Shown piece by piece: positions 8,748 through 16,536 of a DNA stretch of 24,000 nucleotides. The stretch covers positions 184,693 through 208,692 of the forward strand of contig JAYSCP010000004.1 in the NCBI GenBank assembly GCA_041914845.1, given 5' to 3'. The notes beneath the pieces were generated by a model. The model was not told the origin of the DNA, did not search any database, and saw only the letters and a list, made by a program, of their open reading frames with translations. This DNA comes from Alteromonadaceae bacterium (GTDB taxonomy: Bacteria > Pseudomonadota > Gammaproteobacteria > Enterobacterales > Alteromonadaceae). Made by a program: the position numbers and the translations under genes. Position 1 is the stretch's first letter. The number at the start of each line of letters is the position of its first letter.

Positions 8748-10394
8748 CTACATATTGGGATAATTTGGTCCACCTGCACCTTCTGGGGTTACCCACCGGA
8801 TGTTTTGGCTTGGATCCTTGATATCACAGGTTTTGCAGTGAATGCAGTTTTGCGCATTGATTTGTAGTTTTGGTTCTGCAGTATCTGCAGCGACAATTTC
8901 ATAGACACCCGCTGGGCAATAACGCTGCGCCGGTTCGGCATACTTAGCATAATTCACTGAAATTGGGATGGTCGTGTCAAGTAACTGAAGATGGCAGGGC
9001 TGTTCTTCTTCATGATTCGTATTGGATAAAAATACCGACGAAAGCTTATCGAAGCTTAACACCTGATCTGGTTTTGGATAATCAATCATCGGCGCTTCAC
9101 TCGCGAGTTTTAATTGCGCATGGTCAAACGTCGTATCCTTTAGAGTGAATGGTAATTTGCCATTAAACAAGTTCTGGTCGAGCATATTAAATGCACCACC
9201 CAGAATTGAACCAAATTTATGCATGGCAGGACCGAAGTTCCTTGAACGGTATAACTCGTCATATAACCAACTTTGAGCAAATGCATCACCGAAGCTCGTT
9301 AAATCCCTCCCGCCATCATCGCCTTGCTTGATCGCTGCAAAAACAGATTCAGCGGCCAACATTCCTGATTTCATTGCCGTGTGATTGCCTTTTATTTTCG
9401 CAAAGTTCAAAGTGCCAGCATCACAGCCTATTAATAAGCCACCAGGGAAACTCATTTTCGGCAAGCTATTTAAACCGCCTTTGGCGATAGCACGCGCACC
9501 ATAACAGACACGTTTACCCCCGGCTAAGTACTGGCTGATAATTGGATGATGTTTATAACGTTGAAACTCATCAAATGGACTAAGGTGTGGATTGCTGTAA
9601 TTAAGGTCAACTATTAAACCAACCACCACTTGATTGTCTTGGGCATGATATAAATAACCGCCACCAGATGCATCAGTTAATGGCCAACCAGCAGAATGCA
9701 ACACTAGACCTGCCTGATGTTTATTTGGATCAATATCCCAAATCTCTTTAAAGCCAAGTGCATAATGCTGTGGTGTTTTACCAGCGTCTAATTGATATTG
9801 TTCAATTATCTGTTTACCTAAATGACCGCGGCATCCTTCAGCAAACAAAGTGTATTTAGCTCTAAGTTCCATGCCCGCAACAAAGCTTGATTTCTGCTCG
9901 CCATGTTTGTCCAACCCCATATCACCAGTAACAATACCTTTGACGACATTGTCTTCGACAATAACGGCGGCAGCACTAAATCCTGGGAATATTTCCACGC
10001 CCAAATTTTCTGCTTGTTGGGCAAGCCATCGGCACAAATTTCCCATAGAAACGATGTAATTGCCGCTATTGTGCATAGTTTTTGGCACGGCAAAATGTGG
10101 GATAGCCTGCGCCTTCGTCTCAGACTTTAAGAGATAAATATCATCGTGAGTTACTGGCACGCCAACTGGTGCATCTAGTTCGCGCCAGTTTGGGAGTAAT
10201 TCATTTAAAGCGCGTGGTTCAAAAACCGCGCCTGAAAGAATATGGGCGCCAACTTCAGAGCCTTTCTCTACCACACAGACAGTAAGTTCAGTATTTGTAG
10301 CTTTTGCTTGTTGCATTAAGCGGATCGCACTGGCTAAACCAGCAGGTCCGGCTCCGACGATTACCACATCAAATTCCATCGATTCCCGTTCCAC
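8748..10394 (-). CDS. etfD: Electron-transfer flavoprotein:ubiquinone oxidoreductase (ETF-QO)
   Basis: N-terminal FAD fold DVVIVGAGPAGL. The C-terminal 4Fe-4S region CIHCKTCDIKDP...WVTPEGAGGPNYPNM is typical of ETF-QO. The GTG at 10394 is preceded by AAGGGGG; an alternative ATG lies at 10379. Confidence 0.9.
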   Translation of the reverse strand: MERESMEFDVVIVGAGPAGLASAIRLMQQAKATNTELTVCVVEKGSEVGAHILSGAVFEPRALNELLPNWRELDAPVGVPVTHDDIYLLKSETKAQAIPHFAVPKTMHNSGNYIVSMGNLCRWLAQQAENLGVEIFPGFSAAAVIVEDNVVKGIVTGDMGLDKHGEQKSSFVAGMELRAKYTLFAEGCRGHLGKQIIEQYQLDAGKTPQHYALGFKEIWDIDPNKHQAGLVLHSAGWPLTDASGGGYLYHAQDNQVVVGLIVDLNYSNPHLSPFDEFQRYKHHPIISQYLAGGKRVCYGARAIAKGGLNSLPKMSFPGGLLIGCDAGTLNFAKIKGNHTAMKSGMLAAESVFAAIKQGDDGGRDLTSFGDAFAQSWLYDELYRSRNFGPAMHKFGSILGGAFNMLDQNLFNGKLPFTLKDTTFDHAQLKLASEAPMIDYPKPDQVLSFDKLSSVFLSNTNHEEEQPCHLQLLDTTIPISVNYAKYAEPAQRYCPAGVYEIVAADTAEPKLQINAQNCIHCKTCDIKDPSQNIRWVTPEGAGGPNYPNM

Positions 10395-10501
10395 TGCAGC
10401 CCCCTTAGTATTTTTATTAGTCAGACTTTAGCACTGCTAAGTCTGTGGATGATATTCTTTACATGATTTTATTAAATCAGCTTCTTGCAAGGGTATTTCA
10501 G

Positions 10502-10519
10502 GTTGACGTTAACGTCAAC
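10502..10519. promoter_or_regulatory. Perfect 18-bp palindrome GTTGACGTTAACGTCAAC (candidate operator) in the divergent etfD / etfBA promoter region
   Basis: The sequence is an exact reverse complement of itself. It holds a TTGACG -35-like hexamer on each strand and sits midway in the 208-bp divergent intergenic region. Confidence 0.5.
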
Positions 10520-10531
10520 AGTGGTTAGATT
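10503..10531 (+). promoter_or_regulatory. Candidate sigma70 promoter for etfBA (TTGACG-17 nt-TAGATT)
   Basis: The -35 TTGACG (10503-10508) lies inside the palindrome. A 17-nt spacer leads to the -10 TAGATT (10526-10531), about 70 nt upstream of the etfB ATG. Identified by eye only. Confidence 0.3.
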
Positions 10532-10602
10532 GTCCGGCAATTAATAAATCTTAAGTTTACCTCAACGTAAACTGAGTAATCGATCAAACAGGGGTGATGG
10601 CA

Positions 10603-11352
10603 ATGAAAATTTTGGTGCCGGTAAAGCGGGTTGTAGATTACAACGTAAAAGTCCGGGTAAAAGCAGATCAGACAGGTGTGGATTTGGCCAACGTTAAAAT
10701 GGCATTAAATCCTTTCTGTGAAATTGCAGTTGAAGAAGCTGTTCGCTTAAAAGAAGCAGGTATTGCTAGTGAAGTGATAGTGGTTTCAATTGGTCCTGCA
10801 ACCGCACAAGAGCAGCTGCGCACAGCATTAGCTCTAGGTGCAGACCGTGCGGTGTTGCTAGAAACTGAATTGTCAGTCGATTCATTGCAAGTCGCAAAAT
10901 TATTGTCGCATTTAGTTCGTCAAGAGCAACCTGGTTTGGTTATTTTGGGCAAACAGGCTATCGATTCAGATAACAATCAAACTGCGCAAATGCTGGCTGC
11001 TTTGACCGGGATGGGGCAAGGAACTTTTGCCTCAAAAGTTGTAGTGACGGGTGACACTGTTGCAGTAACTCGTGAAATTGATGGCGGTTTGCAAACCGTT
11101 TCTTTGAAATTGCCAGCTGTGGTTTCTACGGATCTTCGCCTGAATGAACCGCGTTACGCGACGTTACCTAACATTATGAAAGCGAAGAAAAAACCACTTG
11201 ATGTTGTTGCAGCTGATAGTCTGGGTGTTAGTTTAACAAGCAACGTTAAAGTGTTAAAAGTAACTTCGCCTTCCAGTCGTCAAGCAGGTATCAAAGTCGA
11301 CAGCGTTGATGCATTAGTTGAAAAGTTAAAGCAAGAAGCGAAGGTGATCTAA
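10603..11352 (+). CDS. etfB: Electron transfer flavoprotein beta subunit
   Basis: [20 protein letters not shown] is the canonical ETF-beta N-terminus. The ATG at 10603 follows AGGGGTGA. The track start at 10594 is a GTG three codons upstream. The stop overlaps the etfA start (TAATG). Confidence 0.92.
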   Translation: MKILVPVKRVVDYNVKVRVKADQTGVDLANVKMALNPFCEIAVEEAVRLKEAGIASEVIVVSIGPATAQEQLRTALALGADRAVLLETELSVDSLQVAKLLSHLVRQEQPGLVILGKQAIDSDNNQTAQMLAALTGMGQGTFASKVVVTGDTVAVTREIDGGLQTVSLKLPAVVSTDLRLNEPRYATLPNIMKAKKKPLDVVAADSLGVSLTSNVKVLKVTSPSSRQAGIKVDSVDALVEKLKQEAKVI

Positions 11353-12278
11353 TGACTATTTTAGTAATTGCTGAACACAATAATCAGCAGCTTAAGGCCG
11401 ATACCGCGAAAACTCTGGCGGCTGCTGCTGCAATCGGTGGCGACATTCATTTGTTGGTTGCAGGCTTTAATGCTGCTGAAGTTGCCAAAGAAGCAGCGAC
11501 CTTAGCAGGCGTTAGCAAGGTGCTGCACGTTGATTCCGAAGTTTTCCAACATCAGTTAGCTGAAGATTTAGCGACTTTGGTGCTGTCTATTGGAAAAAAC
11601 TACACCCACATTCTTGCTGCTGCAACAACTCAAGGTAAAAACTTCCTGCCGCGCGTCGCAGCTTTGCTGGATGTAGCACAAATTTCTGATGTAATTGCCG
11701 TTGAATCTGCAGACACTTTTGTTCGGCCAATCTATGCAGGCAATGCAATCGCGACTGTTCAAAGTCATGATGCAATTAAAGTTTTAACTGTCCGTGGTTC
11801 AGCGTTTAATGCCGTTGCCAACAGCGGAAATGCAACGATCGAAACTGTTGCAGGGACTGCAAGTGCAAGCTTATCAGTGTTTGTTGGAGAAGAACTGACT
11901 AAATCTGCACGTCCTGAATTAACTTCGGCTCGGGTAATTATCTCTGGCGGTCGCGGCATGCAAAATGGCGAGAATTTTAAGTTATTAGAAGGCATTGCTG
12001 ACAAACTGAACGCAGCTATCGGTGCAAGCCGTGCAGCTGTAGATGCAGGCTTTGTGCCGAATGATATGCAAGTTGGTCAAACCGGCAAAATTGTTGCACC
12101 TGATTTGTATATTGCAGTGGGTATTTCTGGCGCTATCCAACACCTTGCGGGTATGAAAGATTCAAAAGTTATCGTAGCAATTAACAAAGATCCTGAAGCG
12201 CCAATTTTCCAAGTGGCTGATTATGGTCTGGTTGCCGACTTATTCACGGTTTTACCGGAATTAGAAGCAAAACTGTAA
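11352..12278 (+). CDS. etfA: Electron transfer flavoprotein alpha subunit
   Basis: The C-terminal FAD-binding segment [43 protein letters not shown] is the ETF-alpha signature. The gene is translationally coupled to etfB. Confidence 0.92.
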   Translation: MTILVIAEHNNQQLKADTAKTLAAAAAIGGDIHLLVAGFNAAEVAKEAATLAGVSKVLHVDSEVFQHQLAEDLATLVLSIGKNYTHILAAATTQGKNFLPRVAALLDVAQISDVIAVESADTFVRPIYAGNAIATVQSHDAIKVLTVRGSAFNAVANSGNATIETVAGTASASLSVFVGEELTKSARPELTSARVIISGGRGMQNGENFKLLEGIADKLNAAIGASRAAVDAGFVPNDMQVGQTGKIVAPDLYIAVGISGAIQHLAGMKDSKVIVAINKDPEAPIFQVADYGLVADLFTVLPELEAKL

Positions 12279-12296
12279 ACTCAGAGTCCTTAGAAA

Positions 12297-12327
12297 GCCG
12301 GGCGCAGTATAGGCCCGGTTTTTTTTT
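12297..12327 (+). terminator. Rho-independent terminator after etfA
   Basis: Stem CCGGGC (12298-12303) pairs with GCCCGG (12313-12318) around a 9-nt loop. A run of nine T follows (12319-12327). Confidence 0.8.
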
Positions 12328-12484
12328 GCAATTATTTACCAATCTTGTTCATTTGAAATTAATTTAACACCGACTAAATACTATTAGTTACAATAATTTG
12401 CTATCAGCCAACTTGACCTGTTGCTTGAACTTATCTAACGTGAACTTCATTGACTGTTACAAACAATTAACCACGGATGACATT

Positions 12485-12937
12485 ATGTTTATTTTTATCG
12501 AGCCCATACAAACTGCGTCCGCGAAAATACTTGCAAGTGTTATTTTGCTTTTTTCCTTGAATGGATGTGTCGCAACGCCTGCACCTACACAGGAGCCATT
12601 GCTAAATCAACTTGATGGTCCTATGGCACAATTACAGTTCGATACCAAGCAGCTCTACCAACGATTGCAAAAACTCACAGCGGATAAAACTTGCCAGCAA
12701 GATCAGGATTGTAAGGTAATTGGGATTGGTTCAAAAGCCTGTGGCGGCCCAGATCAATTTATCGTCTATTCTGAAAGCATGACAGATGGAAAAATGCTCG
12801 GTATCACTAGTGAACGTTACGCCAAGCTTAAAAAAGAACAACAAAACCGATTAGGTATGATGAGCTCTTGCCAGCAACTCGCAATCCCACTAGCTAGTTG
12901 CCAAGCAAAAAAATGTGTATTGATTGAAAACCGTTAA
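12485..12937 (+). CDS. Putative lipoprotein with a six-Cys C-terminal domain, function unknown
   Basis: From the ATG at 12485 the N-terminus is MFIFIEPIQTASAKILASVILLFSLNGC, a signal peptide ending in a lipobox-like LNGC. The mature part has 6 further Cys (TCQQDQDCK, ACGG, SSCQQ, ASCQAKKC). The track start at 12398 is TTG and adds a non-hydrophobic extension. The SD is weak and I do not recognise a family. Confidence 0.55.
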   Translation: MFIFIEPIQTASAKILASVILLFSLNGCVATPAPTQEPLLNQLDGPMAQLQFDTKQLYQRLQKLTADKTCQQDQDCKVIGIGSKACGGPDQFIVYSESMTDGKMLGITSERYAKLKKEQQNRLGMMSSCQQLAIPLASCQAKKCVLIENR

Positions 12938-13004
12938 CTGCAATTTTAGGTAGCTAATTCCACGTTAGCTACTGCAGCCAGAGCAGTAGGTATATTTGCA
13001 AACG

Positions 13005-13032
13005 AAAAAGCCAGTACTCAAACTGGCTTTTT
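13005..13032. terminator. Bidirectional terminator between the lipoprotein gene and fur
   Basis: Stem GCCAGT (13010-13015) pairs with ACTGGC (13022-13027) around a 6-nt loop. It is flanked by A5 (13005-13009) and T5 (13028-13032), so a U-tract follows on either strand. An additional 8-bp hairpin, GTAGCTAA/TTAGCTAC, lies at 12950-12972. Confidence 0.65.
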
Positions 13033-13047
13033 CAATCTCTATATCAA

Positions 13048-13488
13048 CTATTCTTTGTGTTTTGCACACGCCACTTTATCGACACATTCACCATATAAAT
13101 ACAAACTGTGGTGGGTGAGTTTAATGCCATTTTTTTCGGCGATCTCTAACTGTTTGCGTTCAATTTCATCATCTTCGAATTCCAGCACTTTGCCGCAATT
13201 TAAACAGACTAGGTGATCATGATGATCCATACGGCTTAACTCAAATACAGACTTGCCGCCCTCAAAGTGATGACGTGTGACAATCCCTGCATCATCAAAT
13301 TGGTTTAACACTCGATATACCGTCGCCAGGCCAATATCTTCGCCAATTTCCAGCAAAATTTTATACACATCCTCAGCACTGATGTGTTGATGAGTCGGAT
13401 TTTGCAGGATCTCTAAAATTTTAACCCGAGGTAAGGTTACTTTAAGACCGGCTTTACGAAGTTCGCTATTATGATCAGGCATCTGCAT
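13048..13488 (-). CDS. fur: Ferric uptake regulator
   Basis: LRKAGLKVTLPRVKILEIL, GLATVYRVLNQFDDAGIVTRHHFEGGKSVFEL, HHDHLVCLNCGKV and HSLYLYGEC are near-identical to E. coli Fur. The start is the ATG at 13488 or 13482. Confidence 0.95.
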   Translation of the reverse strand: MQMPDHNSELRKAGLKVTLPRVKILEILQNPTHQHISAEDVYKILLEIGEDIGLATVYRVLNQFDDAGIVTRHHFEGGKSVFELSRMDHHDHLVCLNCGKVLEFEDDEIERKQLEIAEKNGIKLTHHSLYLYGECVDKVACAKHKE

Positions 13489-13513
13489 TTCTACTTACAT
13501 TGAATGTTTGTCG

Positions 13514-13542
13514 ATTATAAGACGATTATTTGCATTTGGAAA
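13514..13542 (-). promoter_or_regulatory. Candidate fur promoter (TTTCCA-17 nt-TATAAT on the minus strand)
   Basis: There is a perfect -10 TATAAT (complement of 13514-13519). A 17-nt spacer leads to the -35 TTTCCA (complement of 13537-13542). The -10 is about 25 nt upstream of the fur ATG. Identified by eye only. Confidence 0.35.
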
Positions 13543-13638
13543 AGTGAAATCTCTGTGCAAAATTCCCAGCAGCTTGGCTAACCGGCAAAATATGGTTATT
13601 CTTGAGTCAGCTTAATCTCATCAGACCAGAGGAATTAC

Positions 13639-14118
13639 ATGCGCTGGGCTTTTAATCCGTCAGTTATGCGGCATTTACTAAATTTTTGGCCACCATTTTT
13701 CTTTAATGGCATTAAAGTTGTTGAGCTATCCACAGACTATCGTTACGCCAAGGTGACTTTAAACGATCGACCTTGGCGTCGAAACATTAATAGCTCACAG
13801 TTTGGTGGCGCTATGTTTGCGATGACCGATCCGATATACCCATTAATGGTTATGGGCGCCCTAGGTAAAGAGTATCTAGTTTGGGATAAAAGAGCGGATA
13901 TCGATTATATCAAGCCTGGAAAAGGTAAATTGACTGCCGAGTTCTTTTTGCAAGATGCGACAGTACAAGAAATTATTAGCGCAACGGCTCATGGAGACAA
14001 ATTCTTTCCAGAATTTATAGTTCATGTTAAAAATCAACAACAAGAAGTGGTTTGTGAAGTAAATCGGACACTTTATGTACGTAAAAAACCAAAGCATCGC
14101 CCAAAGGAGCGAGGATAG
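13639..14118 (+). CDS. Hotdog-fold thioesterase-like protein (DUF4442-like)
   Basis: LNFWPPFFFNGIKVVELS...FGGAMFAMTDPIYPLMVMGALGKEYLVWDKRADIDYIKPGKG resembles proteins I recall annotated as DUF4442 or tetrameric acyl-CoA thioesterase. The SD is AGAGGA, 5 nt before the ATG. The family assignment is from memory only. Confidence 0.6.
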   Translation: MRWAFNPSVMRHLLNFWPPFFFNGIKVVELSTDYRYAKVTLNDRPWRRNINSSQFGGAMFAMTDPIYPLMVMGALGKEYLVWDKRADIDYIKPGKGKLTAEFFLQDATVQEIISATAHGDKFFPEFIVHVKNQQQEVVCEVNRTLYVRKKPKHRPKERG

Positions 14119-14120
14119 CC

Positions 14121-14483
14121 ATGCTAGGACTGCGAACCGTAATTTACCCTGTTAGTGATCTAACGGCCGCTACAAAGTGGTATAGCCAAGTATTTGCTGT
14201 ATCTGCGTATTTCGAACAACCTTTTTATGTAGGTTTCCAAGTTGCAGGTTTCGAATTGGGATTAGTACCAGACGGCGAACCTTCCAAAGACGGTGCAGTA
14301 ACTTATTGGGGCTGTGAAGACATCGATGCAGAATTCGAGAGGGTTCGGTCGTTAGGTGCCGTAGTTATTGAATCGCCAACTGATGTTGGTGAGGGGATTC
14401 GAGTAGCCACCTTGGCCGATCCCTTCGGCAACAGTCTTGGGCTTATTCAAAACCCGCATTTTAAATTAGCAGAAGTGAGATAA
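14121..14483 (+). CDS. VOC (glyoxalase/bleomycin-resistance/dioxygenase) family protein
   Basis: A 120-aa single VOC-like module. An N-terminal beta-strand is followed by a helix (VIYPVSDLTAATKWYSQVF), and the C-terminus is VATLADPFGNSLGLIQ. It starts 2 nt after the preceding stop, with GGAGCGAGGA upstream. Confidence 0.7.
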   Translation: MLGLRTVIYPVSDLTAATKWYSQVFAVSAYFEQPFYVGFQVAGFELGLVPDGEPSKDGAVTYWGCEDIDAEFERVRSLGAVVIESPTDVGEGIRVATLADPFGNSLGLIQNPHFKLAEVR

Positions 14484-14507
14484 GACCAAACTTGCTCGAA
14501 TAGTTCT

Positions 14508-14545
14508 CGATGAGAGTAAAAGAACAGAACCTTTTACTCTCATCG
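14508..14545. other. Perfect 15-bp stem / 8-nt loop hairpin between the convergent VOC gene and fldA, with no U-tract
   Basis: CGATGAGAGTAAAAG (14508-14522) pairs without mismatch with CTTTTACTCTCATCG (14531-14545) around loop AACAGAAC. Neither strand has a T-run after the stem. It sits 6 nt beyond the fldA stop. Confidence 0.5.
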
Positions 14546-14551
14546 TCAATA

Positions 14552-15082
14552 TTACAGACCTTCGAGCTCTTTTAAGCTCAGCTCTTCATAAATCTGCTTA
14601 CACCAAGCTTTTACCCGCTGTTCTGTTAATTCAGGTTGACGGTCTTCATCAATTCCTAAGCCGACAAAGTGATCGTTATCAACAAGCGCTTTTGAGGCAA
14701 CAAAGTTGTAGCCTTTAGTTGGCCACTGTCCTACTAAAATTGCGCCTTTAGGTTCGATAATGTCACGTAATGTACCCATGGCATCAAGAAAATACTCAGC
14801 ATAATCTTCTTGATCACCACAACCAAAAATCGCGCAAAGTTTGTTTGAAAAGTCAATGTTTTCGAGTTCTGGGAAAAAATCATCCCAGTCGCACTGGGCT
14901 TCACCGTAGTACCAAGTTGGGATGCCAAACATTAACAAATCATAAGCTGCAATATCCTCTTTACTACTTTTAGCGATATCGTGCACTGCGATTAAATTTT
15001 TACCCAATTCTTTTTGGATCATTTTGGCGATATGTTCGGTGTTACCGGTATCGCTGCCAAAAAATATACCTACTGTGGCCAT
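14552..15082 (-). CDS. fldA: Long-chain flavodoxin
   Basis: MATVGIFFGSDTGNTE (FMN phosphate loop), GIPTWYYGEAQCDWDDFFP, FGCGDQEDYAEYF and IDEDRQPELT closely match E. coli FldA. The SD is AGGAAG, 7 nt before the ATG. Confidence 0.95.
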   Translation of the reverse strand: MATVGIFFGSDTGNTEHIAKMIQKELGKNLIAVHDIAKSSKEDIAAYDLLMFGIPTWYYGEAQCDWDDFFPELENIDFSNKLCAIFGCGDQEDYAEYFLDAMGTLRDIIEPKGAILVGQWPTKGYNFVASKALVDNDHFVGLGIDEDRQPELTEQRVKAWCKQIYEELSLKELEGL

Positions 15083-15093
15083 ATTTAGACTTC

Positions 15094-15366
15094 CTACCTA
15101 GCTAACGCTGCTAATAACAATTGTTCTATTAATGCACTGCGAGTAATTTGCAATGCCTGTGCTTTTTCATCGAGTTGCAAATACAAATCTTCTGGTACTT
15201 TGCATTCAATCCGTTTTAACCCTTTGCTGCGGTCGCGTCTTAACTGATTTCGTTTGTTCAGCTTTAACTGTTCTTCACGCGGCAACGGATTTGTTTTTGG
15301 TCGCCCCGGACGTTTTTCTGCAGCGAATAAATCGATTGTCGTCCGATCAGTGGCAATCTTCGCCAT
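15094..15366 (-). CDS. ybfE: YbfE-like (LexA-regulated protein, CopG/RHH family)
   Basis: MAKIATDRTTIDLFAAEKRPGRPKTNPLPREEQLKLNKRNQLRRDR matches E. coli YbfE (MAKEQTDRTTLDLFAHERRPGRPKTNPLSRDEQLRINKRNQL, from memory). It holds the same position, between ybfF and fldA. Confidence 0.85.
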   Translation of the reverse strand: MAKIATDRTTIDLFAAEKRPGRPKTNPLPREEQLKLNKRNQLRRDRSKGLKRIECKVPEDLYLQLDEKAQALQITRSALIEQLLLAALAR

Positions 15367-15587
15367 TAACCCAACCCTTTTGATTCATAAATGAATTGGA
15401 TAACGCCTTTTGCTAAAAAACCAGCGCAACCCAAGAACAATACAATCCACACAAAAATTCTGCCAAATAACGGCACTTCGCCTTTTTTAAGTACATCATG
15501 AATTGCCATACCGATCAAAAAGAACAGAATACTCAAGCAAATCCATAATGCTGAGGCTTCGATTTGTGCCATATATTGATGTAACAT
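15366..15587 (-). CDS. Small two-TM membrane protein (DUF2788-like)
   Basis: MLHQYMAQIEASALWICLSILFFLIGMAIHDVLKKGEVPLFGRIFVWIVLFLGCAGFLAKG has two hydrophobic helices. The ATG at 15587 is preceded by GAAGG, 8 nt upstream. Its stop overlaps the ybfE start (TAATG). The DUF2788 assignment is from memory. Confidence 0.6.
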   Translation of the reverse strand: MLHQYMAQIEASALWICLSILFFLIGMAIHDVLKKGEVPLFGRIFVWIVLFLGCAGFLAKGVIQFIYESKGLG

Positions 15588-15648
15588 AATGTCGACCTTC
15601 AAAAAAAACGCGCGCACTATAGCACAAAGTGCCAGAAAAGTTGCTGCG

Positions 15649-16410
15649 CTAGCTCAATAAAAAGTCTCGAACGATTTTTGCAAACGCAGCAGGTTTTTCT
15701 GCATGCAACCAATGTCCAGTACCCTGAATAATTTTGGCTTTAGCCTGTGGGAACATCGCTAAAATTATCGGCTGGTGCGCTGGTAAGATATAATCCGAGT
15801 CACCACCTTTAATAAACAACACCGGCCCAGTAAAACAACCGCTGCCACTTGGCGCAGCTAAAATTTGCGCATAGTTTTCGCATAATGCTGACAAATTAAA
15901 GCGCCATTGTAAGCGACCGTCCACTTTTAACAGATTTTTCAATAAGAACTGACGAACAGCAGGTTCCGTTACCGATTGTGCGAGAATTGGTTCTGCGTCC
16001 CGACGATCGTGCATGCTATTAATCGGCAAGTCGGTCAACGCCTGTAATATAGTTTGGTGACGAGGGGAGGTAACCACGGGCGATATATCTGCGAGCACCA
16101 ATTTGTTCACTCGATGCGGTGCATCTAATGCAATTTGCATCGCAACCTTGCCGCCCATGGAATGTCCTAAGAATGCCGCCTGTGCGACGCCTAGCACATC
16201 AAGTGTTTCTAAAACGTCCTGTGCCATTTCTCGATAATTCATGGTTGGTAAATGCGCTGACTTACCGTGGTTGCGCAGGTCCACATTGATAATTTGAAAA
16301 GTATCCGCCAATTGTCTTGCGATCATTCCCAAATTTTCATAGCTGCCAAATAAACCATGAATAAGCACTAAGGGTTCACCTTGGCCAGAAATATCTGTAT
16401 GTAAATGCAT
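15649..16410 (-). CDS. ybfF: Alpha/beta-hydrolase esterase YbfF-like
   Basis: LVLIHGLFGS, the nucleophile elbow GHSMGGKV and the C-terminal GHWLHAEKP are present. It is divergent from seqA, as in E. coli. The SD is AAGGA. Confidence 0.8.
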   Translation of the reverse strand: MHLHTDISGQGEPLVLIHGLFGSYENLGMIARQLADTFQIINVDLRNHGKSAHLPTMNYREMAQDVLETLDVLGVAQAAFLGHSMGGKVAMQIALDAPHRVNKLVLADISPVVTSPRHQTILQALTDLPINSMHDRRDAEPILAQSVTEPAVRQFLLKNLLKVDGRLQWRFNLSALCENYAQILAAPSGSGCFTGPVLFIKGGDSDYILPAHQPIILAMFPQAKAKIIQGTGHWLHAEKPAAFAKIVRDFLLS

Positions 16411-16536
16411 GAAATTCCTTAAATCATCTATCAGCGCAGCACGCTACGTGCCAGAATACCAAAAAAATGGGCGGTAGCGTTAGGCTTAAACCCTTTATAT
16501 AATGGAGCTTCCTTCGAAGTGTATTAAGGCATCTAC

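Noticed and set aside
8963-10130. ORFs 8963..9148, 9850..10059 and 9903..10130 (+), and 9818..10093 (-).
   Set aside because: They lie inside the ETF-QO gene, antisense or out of frame.
10422-10449. Imperfect hairpin CAGACTTTAG...CTAAGTCTG near the ETF-QO 5' end.
   Set aside because: It needs a bulge and has a short stem. Its role in the 5' UTR cannot be judged without a mapped transcription start.
11568-12004. Minus-strand ORFs 11568..11768, 11587..11775 and 11765..12004.
   Set aside because: They are antisense within etfA and are mutually overlapping shadow frames.
12398-12484. TTG-initiated 29-codon extension of the lipoprotein ORF; also the TTG extension of glgP at 18917..18943.
   Set aside because: Both use the rare TTG start and have no SD. 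The extension would bury the signal peptide (lipoprotein case) or add residues not seen in phosphorylases. Internal ATG starts are preferred.
13512-13531. Possible Fur box (GATTAT..ATTATT hexamers) overlapping the fur -10 region, which would imply autoregulation.
   Set aside because: The best hand alignment to the 19-bp consensus GATAATGATAATCATTATC gives only about 9 of 19 matches. That is not distinguishable from AT-rich promoter sequence without a formal PWM score.
13876-15383. ORFs 13876..14097 (-), 14734..14928 (-), 14770..14973 (+) and 15153..15383 (+).
   Set aside because: They are antisense or out of frame inside the DUF4442-like gene, fldA and ybfE. There are no supporting signals.
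15094-15617. A small RHH (CopG-like) protein overlapping a small upstream ORF resembles a toxin-antitoxin pair.
   Set aside because: The RHH protein is a clear YbfE orthologue in its conserved ybfF-ybfE-fldA context. The partner is a 2-TM membrane protein with no toxin-like features.
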